Source: Paraphysomonas bandaiensis (Eukaryota; Protista; Chrysophyceae). From it: a stretch of DNA of 64,000 nt. The notes under the pieces were generated by a model. The model saw nothing but the letters and a program-made list of their open reading frames with translations. It ran no database searches and was not told the DNA's origin. The translations under genes and the position numbers were made by a program. Every line of letters begins with the position of its first letter. Position 1 is the stretch's first letter. Location: NCBI GenBank assembly GCA_965644295.1, contig CBFFRP010000162.1, positions 34,007-98,006 on the forward strand. Direction: 5' to 3'. Shown here one piece after another: positions 25,656 to 38,636 of the stretch.

Positions 25656-28600
25656 TTAACTGACTGTCACATCAACACTGTCCTCAAGGTGCATCCGTTC
25701 TGCTGACCACTCTGCCACCAGTTTGTCCAGTTGATTGACATACCTATCAGGTAGATGGTCCATGACCATAGAGGAAGATATCAAGATTTCATCGAAGTAT
25801 CTTCTGCTGGCAATGAAAGGAGCAAAGATCCGATGTTTCACTGGAAGAGGTCCGTAGCGTTTCACCTCTGACGAACAAAAATGCATTAAATATGGATACA
25901 GGCTTCGCAAATCGATAAACCTTTGCCGATTTTTCTTAGATGAATAATTCTCCCAGGATGGGTAAGTCTCTCCTTCACAACACTCGCCAATCTTTTCCTC
26001 ATGTGTTTCTGCATCGATTAGAGAAAGTTACCGGGTTACGAGATATCACTGTACCTTGTATTGCTCTACCATAATGCTGAAGTGTGACGTAGGCTCTTCA
26101 CCAGGAGGATACATTAGCTCATCGAGTGAGTCGATATGATCCTGATATAGCACACTCAAAATTACTCCATGTTTATGCATATGCCCTACCTTGAACATCA
26201 TTGTCTGCATAATAACCATCTTGTTCACTCTACAGCGGACGATGGCATCCAGCACCTATGATGTATCCAAGTCAGAATTATTTGGACGCAACCTGATGAT
26301 GAGATAAAACCTGTTCTCTCATCACTGCAAGCGAGCTTATGGACAAACTCGCAACCAAATCATGACCGAGAATACAGCTAGTCATATATTTACTGATATC
26401 TGAACAAGAGTGAGCAGAACCACGTCGTAACATGTGGTGTCCTTACCGTGAGATGTTTTGGCATCAAATACACTTCCAGGAGTGCTGAAAATACTGCGGT
26501 TAGAAACAGAATGACACGATGTTAACCACGTTGCTCACCCATAGCCGAATACCCTAACAGTAGGAAATTCGTTCTTTAGAAGCATACCAAGGACCGCCGC
26601 TGTCCCAGCCCCTAGACTATGTCCCACAACGATGAGCTTATTGTACGTCACTGGTTGCTACACAAACTTCTTCAAACAGATAAAAATATGGTGAGAGATT
26701 CGTACTTCGACCTGATTAAGAGGAGTCTCAATGCCGGCGCACATCCCATGTCCACTACCTCTCTCCAGCTGCCCTCCTTTTGGGTTAGGACCTGCCACCG
26801 CCTCAAGCAGCTCGGCAACTTTAGGATTGTTACTTAAGTCTTCCCGAATCCACATGGCAGACCGGAGCATTCCGCTGTGGCAAAGACGACCAGCCCCGTC
26901 AAATCCCCAGGTAAGCCCTACATATACAAATAATTTGACAACTTTCACACTTCGCTTATCATACTAGACTTAATCAAACTATCAGCACAGGACCAAAATA
27001 CATTATTCTGGAACCGCATTTCTGAATACCTGCTTCCTCCATGGACTCCGGGTTCGCCACTGCATCAGTGACACAGTCCTCTAGAGAAAGAGTACCTCGA
27101 ACTGTAATCACCAGTGCCTGCATATCATAACTTCACTATCATACGTTTGCAAACACACTGTGCATAGTCAAACCTTTCGTTTGAAATCTACAAAAACGGC
27201 GTACGGTTTAATGTAGAGGTCGTTGCTAAAGTTTGCATAAACCAGCTCTGACTGGTCAAGATGTGCCATCTGCAGACATATCGTAAGGGCAACACTTGTA
27301 TGGAGAGGAACACACCCAACCTTTAATATCGCGGCCTCGTGAAGGTGACACACATTATCACCTTGCACAAATCCATTTGATGCTGGCCTGCAAGTGCAAT
27401 CTATCAGCACGGCATCAATACCAAAATACTGCGCACACCTTCCGCAAAGACACCCGTCTGAATCACTTGGAGGACATCTTTTCTTCCCTTTTCCAAAACA
27501 ACACTTTAGATTGCAGGTACCCATTGGAGGTGCGCAACAGCAAAAGTGACAGAGTCTGCATGTCCCGCAGCAGGGATGCATGTAGAGAAACATGAGTGTA
27601 GAGTACACTGCCAGGGCGTAGTGAGCGTAGTGAGCAATTTCTGCATGAGGAATATCGGTCATCCGAAAGGAAATATCCGTGAAACACACAAACCTTCTAT
27701 CTCATCGTAATCAGTCGCCACAACAGAGCGTTTGCTTTCCAGAACCCGATTCCTCGTCTCCCCCAATATGTGTTTCTCCGTTTCATCTTTTAGGTGCTCT
27801 AGATTCTCCTTCACTTCCTTGGTTTCCTCAGCAGTACCAATTTCATCCTCGAGCGTCAATTCAACCCCCGCGTCATTGGCGACAGCATCACTGTCATCTG
27901 CACTATTTCTACCCATTACACCAGCTTCATTACTGCCTTGGCGAGATCGATAGGACAACTCCAATTGCAGCTTCTGATCAGCCATCACCTCCAGCGCAGA
28001 GAGATAGTTAGAGTGGGTCTTTAACAAAGTCAAGTTTCGATCATCGAGATCTACATTACTCGCATACTGCATCACCACTTTAGCAGCACTGGAGGTGCTC
28101 GGTGGCAAGTCCTCGGCCTCTACACTATCGCCTTCTACCTCCCCATGCCGGTCTAGTTTCAGCTTCTTCAATTGGCGGATGCGGGTCTTGCGGTTCTGCG
28201 TAAAAAAATAAATAACGAGGTAGTAAATATACAGTGTCACACATACCTCGATGGCGCGAAGCTTTTGTTGAAAACGTAATAGCATTACCCCAGCCACAAC
28301 ATCAGAAGGTACGACATCAAGAAATCCCTGCACAGAAGTCACACATTGCTTACACATGGATTGAACGCAGCCCACCTCATGATGAAAGAAGTTGGAGAAA
28401 ATTTTTCCAACTAAATACAAAATAAATTAGCGTCAGTACTAAAACCACTGAACTGTAGTGGTCACAATGTAATAACTTTCCATCGAAAGATGAACGAGTA
28501 TAGGAACAACACGACACCACTATTTGATATGAGCCCTACCCGCCTCGAGATCCTCGCCGACCCCACTGCCACCGAATATATTACAGGTGCACAATTGAAC

Positions 28601-29427
28601 TCTGCGACAGAGGGACTGACAACGGCGTTCCCATGCGTGCGCATCCTCCAGAATGAGTGAGTCATCCATAACACTCATGCTCTTGGGTCGCGAGGCATCC
28701 ACTTCATTCGTGTAGTACTGCTCCAAATCCGCACTGAATATTTTTACGCAAATCACAAAACAAAATATATAATACAGAAACTACCTTCTAGATGAAAACA
28801 TAGTCCAACAGCACACAATTCCAAATATATCTACAAGCTGAGAAATGATGACCAGATATAGAAGCGCCTCTATCATCTCTTCGTTGAACTTCTCCGTACA
28901 CGGCAATGCACTAACCCGTGCCACGCAGATGCTGTCGAAAACCGTGAACAAAAAGTATAAGTCTACTACTAAATTTACACACCCAAAGATTGCACAGAAG
29001 AACTGACACACACCAAGAATCATGTGTGAATTCAGATAGAAAGAAATATTGTTTCTGCTTTCAGTTTGAACCATTGTGCCCTAATGAGGATATTAGTACA
29101 GTGTATCCATTAAGTATTTCGTGAACCTTCATTGATATGCGCGTCAAGCAAATTTCACATAACACAGATACAAGAGAAACAACTATTGAAAAGGCGAGAT
29201 AAAGCATAATTCCCCATCCATTTGAACAGTCATGAAGATATCCAGTTGTCATAGCTATAATAATTGATAGTAATATAGTCCAAAATATTCTAAACACCTA
29301 TAGAGAATATGAGTATGAGATAGTAATTTCTCAGTATAAAGGATCATACCGCAGCACAGGCTGATGGAATAGAGAGTTCATCACTAGCTAAACGCCATAA
29401 ACGACCAAAATATACTAAATGTGGCAT
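25656..29427 (-). CDS. sn1-specific diacylglycerol lipase (DAGL alpha/beta-like, Lipase_3), multi-exon
   Basis: N-terminus MPHLVYFGRLWRLASDELSIP resembles DAGL starts. TM helices; DVVPSDVVAG; HSGM; nucleophile elbow VGHSLGAG (~26605-26628); GHDLVASLS; DHLPDRY. Confidence 0.92.
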
Positions 29428-30078
29428 ATCTCTGTATAGATCTTACTAGTTAACTAGTATAATAGTAAGTAACTAACTGAAGATGATCATCATGATATCA
29501 TCATATTAATTATAAGTAAGTTTATTGTTTGAATGAATCATATGATGAATTAGATCTGAGGAGTGGTAGTAGTTAGGTTACATGTATGGAGATATGTATG
29601 TTTATATAACTAACACACTGCTGTGGAGAGTATTGCCCGTATGTACGTATGTACGTAGGTACGTACGACATAGATACAAGTACAGAAATCGAATATATGA
29701 TATGACGTATATGGTACGTATATACATGTAGATGGTACCTACATACACGTAAATACTTGTAAAAAAATTGCTGATATCTTCTTTTTTTAACTTTCTTTTC
29801 CAATTTCGAAGTACAAAATCCCCATAATCACTAAAAACTAGCGATTTCGAGATTTTATCATTGAGAATACTACGATTTCCATTTCCATAAACAAGTACAA
29901 TACACGTGGCAAATAACAAAATCCATCACGAGTAGCAGTTCCAACGGCTTTTCTGTAAAATGTGGAAGGTACCGTACTCAAGCCCGCACCATAATGGTGT
30001 GGAACTATATAAGTGGTGATGATGAGTGACCAGTGGTATGTATGGTGTTGCTGGTGAGTAATAGATCCAGGGAGGTGG

Positions 30079-30820
30079 GTGTTGAAGGAGGAGCTCTCTC
30101 ATCACAGCATGGTATCATACATACAGAACATAATAACAGCGAGAACATATCATAGTAGCATGGAATCAACTACCACGGAATCAACTACCACGGAATCAAC
30201 TACCACGGAATCAACTACCACGGAATCAACTACCACAGGGGGCATTAGAAAAGTCGGTGATGGGGAAACCAAAAATCGTAACTCCTCTGCGTTAGCTCAG
30301 TTTGCGAAGTACTTGGAGATGCGGTTCGACGGGAAGAAGAGGTATAAGGAACTCATAGACAGTGATATAAATGTAGAACTATTTCAATGTTTCGGTGGCT
30401 TTTTGATCGATCACGCCGTCCATGGAACAACGAAGAAGCCTTTGACCCTAGGTACTGCTTGGCAGTATTTGTCAGACACGAAGACTGCGCTGACGAAGCG
30501 ATTTAAAAGAAATGAGTTATTAAGCAGCTCCAATGAGCTGTGGTACAAAGATGTGAGAGCGGCAGTATCAAAGCATATTATCAAGCGGTGTATCGCACAA
30601 GGAGTGCGTATATCAGAGAAAACAAGTCCAGTGGGGAAAGAACTAATGAAGCGCATAGGTGAATACATTATACATCGGGCATCTGATTTCTCCGGTAAGT
30701 GGACATACTTCACATATCTATGATTTACTGTATGCTAATAAACTTTATTTAGAAGTGAAGAAGTATTCATTGTACAATCTCTATTTGGTTTTCACGTTTG
30801 CTGCTGTTGGTCGGGTGTCA
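30079..30820 (+). mobile_element. Truncated Crypton-like tyrosine-recombinase gene
   Basis: Helical core-binding-like N-terminus (ALAQFAKYL...LFQCFGGFL...TAWQYLS). After a GTAAGT..TTAG intron (~30695-30752) it reads NLYLVFTFAAVGRVS, resembling YR box I with the catalytic Arg. The rest of the catalytic domain is absent. Confidence 0.55.
30162..30236 (+). repeat. 15-bp coding tandem repeat x5 (ESTTT)
   Basis: GGAATCAACTACCAC repeated five times. Confidence 0.95.
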
Positions 30821-30859
30821 TTAGTAATTGGAATACATCGTATCATTATTTACAGAGCA

Positions 30860-31290
30860 TACAACAGTATAATCAACCATCACAGCGTTCAGCATTTTAT
30901 TATTCCACACCGTTCAGAATTCTTATCACATACAGCCATACTGCATACCCTTACACAACATGACACATATTCACTGCAAGATGGAACAGGGGCAGCCGGG
31001 CGCTTGTGTCGCTTAGGCATCCCTCTTGCACCGGTAAGTATAAACGTCATTGCGCCTACAACAGCATAATAAACCATCACAGCCTTCAGCATTTTATTAT
31101 TCCACACCGTTCAGAATTCTTATCACATACAGCCATACTGCATACCCTTACACAACATGACACATATTCACTGCAAGATGGTACAGGGGCAGCCGGGCGC
31201 TTGTGTCGCTTAGGCATCCCTCTTGCACCGGTAAGTATAAACGTCATTGCGCCTACAACAGCATAATAAACCATGACAACATTCAGCATC
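30860..31290. repeat. 197-bp near-identical tandem duplication (~2.2 copies)
   Basis: Near-identical ORFs offset by 197 bp (30889 vs 31086). Confidence 0.95.
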
Positions 31291-31984
31291 TCATATACCA
31301 TCACACAACATAGTGCATGCATGATATACAGCCTTCTATTCCTTCAAATGTACCACTTCTCATCTCTCTGCATACCTGACACTTTAAATAGGATGATGGG
31401 AGCATGATGCTCCCACCTGGAATTCAATCATTGATATCCATATCATATCACTTCATACCATAATATACAGCCCTTCACAGTTCCTCTCCATACAGCCTTA
31501 TAAACCTCGTCCAGTAACTGCATATCTCATCTCACAGTTTCATGAAATAAGATGGTAGCAACATGTTATCACCTATCATTCAAGCACTCATTAACGTGTA
31601 TCTGCTGCATATGGCTGCCTCGTCATATTACTATATACATATACTCGATGCATGTGATATGATGCACTATGCTATGATGCACTCTGCTGATTGGATCACT
31701 CGATGGGCGCACTTGCTGTGCGGCCTTTGTGTAAAAACAAGGGTGCGGGATCCCGCACCTGCGGTGCGGGCTAAATAATTTTTTTCACAAACCATGAACG
31801 CCCCTGTATACAGTATGGATTGTAGGTATGTGAAGCTCCATGGGTTTTTTCCTCATCTTTGGCTTCACACAAAAACTGGCACTTTTATATAAGGAAAATA
31901 CCACTTTAATCATACTCTACTATTCTCAATGAACATACAGCCGTTAGTGGCATATATCAATATTCGACCATAGTTACTGCAAAC

Positions 31985-32290
31985 ATGAGTGACACAGATT
32001 CAGACAAGGAAAAAGAGTTGCCTCAAAGGGGAAGAGGAAGTGGCCGTATACGCCGACAGCCGGTTGTATCTGTTGACTCCAATGCTGATAATGTATCTGA
32101 CTATAAGAAGAAACGAACAATAGCAGGAATGAAAGCAGCATACAAGCAAAGGTTGGTATAAAATAGACTACCCTGAAGCTCTAGATGATGATGAAAATTT
32201 GAAGACTCCATTCCCGAAAGACATCTGTCTGATTACTTTGGCCATCTGTTCACACCGGCTCACGAAGGAGCGAAAGAGGGAAGCTGGGTG
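31985..32290 (+). pseudogene. Frameshifted N-terminal fragment of a probable second transposon protein
   Basis: MSDTDSDKEKE...KRTIAGMKAAYKQ / WYKIDYPEALDDDENLKTPFPKDICL / DYFGHLF in three frames. Resemblance to Crypton N-termini is an impression only. Confidence 0.3.
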
Positions 32291-33084
32291 AGGAGGTCAT
32301 AAAACCTGTGCATCACCGAAACCGCCCACGGATATAATCTACAGCTTGCTTTTTACTGGAGTTTCCTGCACGCTTTGCCACCTTGTCATTGGCTCCCAAC
32401 TTCACGGCTTATAATTACAGCTTTCAATTGCTTTCATATAGCAGTACTCAACAGCCACTCTAGTCACACCAAAATTTGTGATTAACCCAGCTAGTCAAAA
32501 GGTTGCAAGACCTTGTCAATTATATTTTAAAGTTTACAATGACTAAGATGACTAGATGTAATAGGATAGTGACCGAAAATGTTTGGAGCAGGCTAATATC
32601 TTACTATATAAGCAAACACATATGCTTGTTGTCAATTTTGGAAAAAATTATTTGAATTATACTTCTGTTACTTCTTCTGAATTTATTGCATTGTGGTCAC
32701 GAAGAACTGGAATGTTAGTTTAACGAGTTTTAAACTTTTGAATAATATTATTATAACTAACGCATAAAACAAAATAAACTTAAGTATATACATTATAATA
32801 ATAAGTAATCGAGCTACCGTCATTCACGGCATTTTATAGATTCTTACAAGTAAAATCCCATTTTACATTTAAAATCCAATGGGCTACAGACTAAGCATAT
32901 ATATCACTGTATACTACTATGTAATCTACTTAATATGAATATAAAAAATGCCCTCCTTATCCATATACAAGATAACCATGATATTGTTACTATTTCTTGT
33001 CTGCATAGAACAATGGACACCTCCTGAAAACTAAGCCATAACGCATAATATGAACAAAGACAATTCAAAACATCTAAAGGTCCA

Positions 33085-35601
33085 TACTAAGCAGCAAAGC
33101 GGCACCACCTTTCAAAACGTGGACATGGAGGGTTCTTTGAACGAAGCCATCTCAAAATATCTAAGTTTCCATATCCATCAGTAGCACTGCAAGTATCTGA
33201 ATCATATGGACATGGAGGGTCCTGTGAACGAAGCCACCTCAAAACATCCAAGTGACCATATCTAGCAGCAAAACATCCAAGTGACCATATCTAGCAGCAC
33301 CACTGCAAGTATCTTCACCCCATGGACATGGAGGGTCCTGTGAACGAAGCCAACTCAGAACATCCAAGTGTCCACCTTCTGCAGCACCACTGCAAGTCCG
33401 TTTATTCCATGGACATGGAGGGTCCTGTGAACGAAGCCACCACAAAACATCCAAGTGTCCATATCTAGCATCACCACTTCAAGTATCTTCCCCCATGAAC
33501 ATGGAGGGTCCTGCGAACGAAGCCAACTCAAAATATCCAAGTGTTCATATCTAGCAGCACCACTGCAAGTATCTTCACCCCATGGACATGGAGAGTCCTG
33601 TGAACGAAGCCAACTCAGAATATCAGAGTGTCCACTCTATGCAGCACCACTGCAAGTCCGTTCATTCCATGGACATGGAGGGTCCTGCGAAAGAAGCCAA
33701 CGCAAAATATCCAAGTGTCAATATCTAGCAGCACCACTGCAAGTCCATGCACCCCATGGACATGGAGGGTCCTGTGAACGAAGCCAACTCAGAACATCCA
33801 AGTGTCAATATCTAGCAGCACCACTGCAAGTATCTTCACCCCATGGACATGGAGGGTCCTGCGAACGAAGCCAACTCAGAATATCCGAGTGTCCACTCTC
33901 TGCAGCACCACTGCAAGTCCGTTCATTCCATGGACATGGAGGGTCCTGTGAACGAAGCCAACGCAAAACATCCAAGTGTCCATATCTAGCAGCACCACTG
34001 CAAGTATCTTCACCCCATGGACATGGAGGGTCCTGTGAACGAAGCCAACTCAGAATATCCGAGTGTCCACCTTCTGCAGCACCACTGCAAGTCTGTTTAT
34101 TCCATGGACATGGAGGGTCCTGCGAACGAAGCCACCTCAAAATATCCAAGTGACCATATCTAGCAGCAAAACATCCAAGTGACCATATCTAGCAGCACCA
34201 CTGCAAGTATCTAAACCCCATGGACATGGAGGGTCCTGTGAACGAAGCCAACTCAGAACATCCAAGTGTCCATATCTAGCAGCACCACTGCAAGTATCTT
34301 CACCCCATGGACATGGAGGGTCCTGTGAACGAAGCCAACTCAGAATATCCGAGTGTCCACCTTCTGCAGCACCACTGCAAGTCCGTTTATTCCATGGACA
34401 TGGAGGGTCCTGTGAACGAAGCCACCTCAAAAAATCCAAGTGACCATATCTAGCAGCAAAACATCCAAGTGACCATATCTAGCAGCACCACTGCAAGTAT
34501 CTTCACCCCATGGACATGGAGGGTCCTGTGAACGAAGCCAACTCAGAACATCCAAGTGTCCACCTTCTGCAGCACCACTGCAAGTCCGTTTATTCCATGG
34601 ACATGGAGGGTCCTGTGAACGAAGCCACCACAAAACATCCAAGTGTCCATATCTAGCAGCACCACTGCAAGTATCTTCCCCCATGAACATGGAGGGTCCT
34701 GCGAACGAAGCCAACTCAAAATATCCAAGTGTTCATATCTAGCAGCACCACTGCAAGTATCTTCACCCCATGGACATGGAGAGTCCTGTGAACGAAGCCA
34801 ACTCAGAATATCAGAGTGTCCACTCTATGCAGCACCACTGCAAGTCCGTTCATTCCATGGACATGGAGGGTCCTGCGAAAGAAGCCAACGCAAAATATCC
34901 AAGTGTCAATATCTAGCAGCACCACTGCAAGTCCATGCACCCCATGGACATGGAGGGTCCTGTGAACGAAGCCAACTCAGAACATCCAAGTGTCAATATC
35001 TAGCAGCACCACTGCAAGTATCTTCACCCCATGGACATGGAGGGTCCTGTGAACGAAGCCAACTCAGAATATCCGAGTGTCCACTCTCTGCAGCACCACT
35101 GCAAGTCCGTTCATTCCATGGACATGGAGGGTCCTGTGAACGAAGCCAACGCAAAACATCCAAGTGTCCATATCTAGCAGCACCACTGCAAGTATCTTCA
35201 CCCCATGGACATGGAGGGTCCTGTGAACGAAGCCAACTCAGAACATCCAAGTGTCCACCTTCTGCAGCACCACTGCAAGTCCGTTTATTCCATGGACATG
35301 GAGGGTCCTGCGAACGAAGCCACCTCAAAATATCCAAGTGTCAATATCTAGCAGCACCACTGCAAGTCCATTTATTCCATGGACATGGAGGGTCCTGCGA
35401 ACGAAGCCACCTCAAAATATCCAAGTGTCAATATCTAGCAGCACCACTGCAAGTATCTTCATTCCATGGACATGGAGGGTCCTGTGAACGAAGCCACCTC
35501 AGAACATCAGAGTGTCCACTCTCTGCAGCACCACTGCAAGTCCGTTCATTCCATGGACATGGAGGGTCCTGCGAACGAAGCCACCTCAAAATATCCAAGT
35601 G
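33085..35601 (-). pseudogene. Untranslated 3' part of the ankyrin array (stops and frameshifts)
   Basis: TGA at 35428, 35341, 34993, 34906, 33805 and 33718; TAG at 34825 and 33637; a 1-nt deletion and 29-nt insertions. Confidence 0.8.
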
Positions 35602-36625
35602 TCAATATCTAGCAGCACCACTGCAAGTATCTTCATTCCATGGACATGGAGGGTCCTGTGAACGAAGCCACCTCAGAACATCAGAGTGTCCACTCTCTGC
35701 AGCACCACTGCAAGTCCGTTCATTCCATGGACATGGAGGGTCCTGTGAACGAAGCCACCTCAAAATACCCAAGTGTCCATATCTAGCAGCACCACTGCAA
35801 GTATCTTCATTCCATGGACATGGGGGGTCCTGTGAACGAAGCCACCTTAAAACATCCAAGTGTCCACTCTCTGCAGCACCACTGCAAGTCCGTTCATTCC
35901 ATGGACATGGAGGGTCCTGTGAACGAAGCCACCTCAAAACATCCAAGTGTCCACTCTCTGCAGCACCACTGCAAGTATCTTCACCCCATGGACATGGAGG
36001 GTCCTGTGAACGAAGCCACCTCAGAATATCCAAGTGTCCACCCTCTGCAGCACCACTGCAAGTCCATTCATTCCATGGACATGGAGGGTCCTGCGAACGA
36101 AGCCACCTCAATACATCCAAGTGTCCATATCTAGCAGCACCACTGCAAGTCCATGCACCCCATGGGCATGGAGGGTCCTGTGAACGAAGCCACTTCAAAA
36201 CATCCAAGTGTCCATATCTAGCAGCACCACTGCAAGTCCATGCACCCCATGGGCATGGAGGGTCCTGTGAACGAAGCCACTTCAAAACATCCAAGTGTCC
36301 ATATCTAGCAGCACCACTGCAAGTCCATTCATTCCATGGACATGGAGGGTCCTGCGAACGAAGCCACCTCAATACATCCAAGTGTCCATATCTAGCAGCA
36401 CCACTGCAAGTCCATGCACCCCATGGGCATGGAGGGTCCTGTGAACGAAGCCACTTCAAAACATCCAAGTGTCCATATCTAGCAGCACCACTGCAAGTCC
36501 ATTCATTCCATGGACATGGAGGATCCTGTGAACGAAGCCACCTCAAAATATCCAAGTGTCCAAATCTAGCAGCACCACTGCAAGTATCTTCATTCCATGG
36601 ACATGGGGGGTTCTGTGAGCGAAGC
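33085..36625 (-). repeat. Tandem array of ~40 x 87-bp (29-aa) ankyrin-type units, including a 1188-bp higher-order duplication
   Basis: Unit W-xxx-TCSGAA-xx-GHLDVLRWLRSQDPPCP. Duplicated ORFs are offset by 1188 bp (33355/34543; 33805/34993); 1188 = 13x87 + 2x29 - 1. Confidence 0.97.
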
Positions 36626-37062
36626 AACATCTTAACCTGACTACCCTGTACAGAGGTAGCATTCCGTATATCCGATTGGTCTAGTGGTTCCTGTGAGGTC
36701 GTATCATTGTGAAGGGCGGTATGTTTGATGTGTATCATCTGCTGTAGTCTGCCGTATAGTGCACATGTATTCATTAGTTTGAGGGGTGGACAGCCCATAG
36801 ACAGAGCCCATGAGACCATTGAGTTGGTCATACAGTAGTGCGTTGCACGTGACTGTACTCTCCTCTTATCAGTGTAGACTATATCGTGAAATCTCTTACA
36901 AGTCATGATCACTGGAAGGAGAGCCGTGTGTGGGATCATGGAGATGATGAGACGCAGCACATCATCGTTAAGAACAGATACATGTGACATATCACACTGA
37001 TTCATAGTTTCTATAAGACTATTAGAGTATGTATACAGCAGATGACAGTGAGATGAGTTCAT
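35602..37062 (-). CDS. Intronless F-box-like + ankyrin-repeat protein (CPW-type repeats, as in algal and giant-virus proteins), 11 full repeats before the first stop
   Basis: N-terminal VLNDDVLRLIISMIPHTALLPVIMTCKRFHDIV is F-box-like; AAxxGHLDVL ankyrin motif. True start may be the ATG at 37005 or 36990. Confidence 0.8.
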   Translation of the reverse strand: MNSSHCHLLYTYSNSLIETMNQCDMSHVSVLNDDVLRLIISMIPHTALLPVIMTCKRFHDIVYTDKRRVQSRATHYCMTNSMVSWALSMGCPPLKLMNTCALYGRLQQMIHIKHTALHNDTTSQEPLDQSDIRNATSVQGSQVKMLLRSQNPPCPWNEDTCSGAARFGHLDILRWLRSQDPPCPWNEWTCSGAARYGHLDVLKWLRSQDPPCPWGAWTCSGAARYGHLDVLRWLRSQDPPCPWNEWTCSGAARYGHLDVLKWLRSQDPPCPWGAWTCSGAARYGHLDVLKWLRSQDPPCPWGAWTCSGAARYGHLDVLRWLRSQDPPCPWNEWTCSGAAEGGHLDILRWLRSQDPPCPWGEDTCSGAAESGHLDVLRWLRSQDPPCPWNERTCSGAAESGHLDVLRWLRSQDPPCPWNEDTCSGAARYGHLGILRWLRSQDPPCPWNERTCSGAAESGHSDVLRWLRSQDPPCPWNEDTCSGAARY

Positions 37063-38636
37063 ATCATACTGTACATATATACCCCTCTACGAACAAAAAA
37101 ACACTAATTTTTTAATCCTTTTTACTTACTTTTTATTCAAATACAGCTTAGAAATCAGAGATTTTATTCCCAGCCACTAGATCTCTCCTGTATGTACAGC
37201 AGTTGTTAACGTTTACATGCATTGCTTGCTTCTTCTTGTAGCTATCTGAGTGGATACGCTATAGATACAGAGTCGAAATGATGTCAATGGAAGATTGAAA
37301 AAGCTCATTACACATGACACTATGTGTAATAATGTTGCTTGATAGTGTTCTATAGTCAAAGTGACTGCTAAATCAATTGTTTCTAGCTGTTGAGACAGAG
37401 ATGTCATAGAGGTTGACTGGCATTATAAAGCAGTTAGCTAGAATTGTTTATTCAATTTTTGCCTCTGCAATTGTAAATCTTTCCTGGTTCATTTTACTCA
37501 AGTCATAGACGTATCATTCACAGATGAAACACTTGGAACTTTCCAGTAACTTGAAATCCTGCAGTCACGCCTAAAGTGTCTTCCTAAGTGTGATGTTACA
37601 TTTTTTTTATGTTCTTAATAACCAAAAGTATGTCAGTATACTTCTTTCATGTCTTAATTATGATGTCATCAAGACACTGTCTTACAGATTTGATCCATCT
37701 CAACATAACCATTTAGAGATCAAAATTTACATTTTAAAGGGCATATGTTTTGCATCTTTTTATAAAGAATAAGTGTCCAGCTTTAAAATGTGTAACCTTG
37801 ATTCTTTCGAGATTACAGTGTACACAAGTCTATGCGTCTATGCTACGTTCCAGGACTAGATAACAATATATTTTATTACAGTACAGTAGTTGGTTTGGTT
37901 ATCAGCCATGTGTTCTTAATATCTTAATGACTAATACTAAAAATGGAATCTACGGATGTGTTTACTTACTGATATATTGCAATATATTGTAATTGTATTG
38001 TTGGGCCTGTTTAAAATCTCTATTAATAGTATTGATGGAACGCTATCTAACAATAGTATTGCAATATACAATATATTGCTATGTCCAATATCAATACCAT
38101 TAATGGACTTCTAATGGACGAAACAATATACATTTCATTCTGTTCTCTAGTGCATCCTAGTATTACGTTGTGATGGAAGTTCAGTATAATTACTACTAAT
38201 AGCTCCTGCGTTCTCGACAGCTACCACCTGCAACAATTACGTAGAGAATAATAAGAAACAATGAGTAATAAAATCGCTTGCATCTAAGTTTTGCAAAGCG
38301 GATTACTTTTTAAATTTATCCATGTCTGTATATACGGACGAGGGAGACGATGTTCGTAAAGCTCTGACCTTATGAAGTTCATTAACATCATGGTCCACGA
38401 AAAGTGGATACTTCACGTATCACATGCTGTAATACCTTACAACAAAAGAAGTCATCTAATTGCTGTTTAACAGACTCTTTATTATGTGATTCACATTGAA
38501 AATTATTGTAATTCTCATACAGGCTAAACAATTATCCTCATCTGAGCGCTACGACCTCATGTACGGTGTTTTCACCGAAGAGTTCAATCCAAACTATTGT
38601 CGTCCACAATATACACTATTAATTAGAATGAATTGA

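Noticed and set aside
33718-35604. Recurrent in-frame TGA as selenocysteine or an alternative genetic code
   Set aside because: TGA replaces a conserved Gly, co-occurs with TAG and frameshifts, and serves as a normal stop in TAF5, MPC and PPIL4.
33085-36625. CRISPR-like or TALE interpretation of the 87-bp array
   Set aside because: No unique spacers or cas genes; the units are coding ankyrin repeats with no TALE sequence similarity.
34643-36640. 665-aa plus-strand repeat ORF (and 33455-34153), longer than the sense ORF
   Set aside because: Antisense shadow of the ankyrin array. One stop-free 87-bp unit yields a long ORF automatically, and the minus frame has the recognisable fold.
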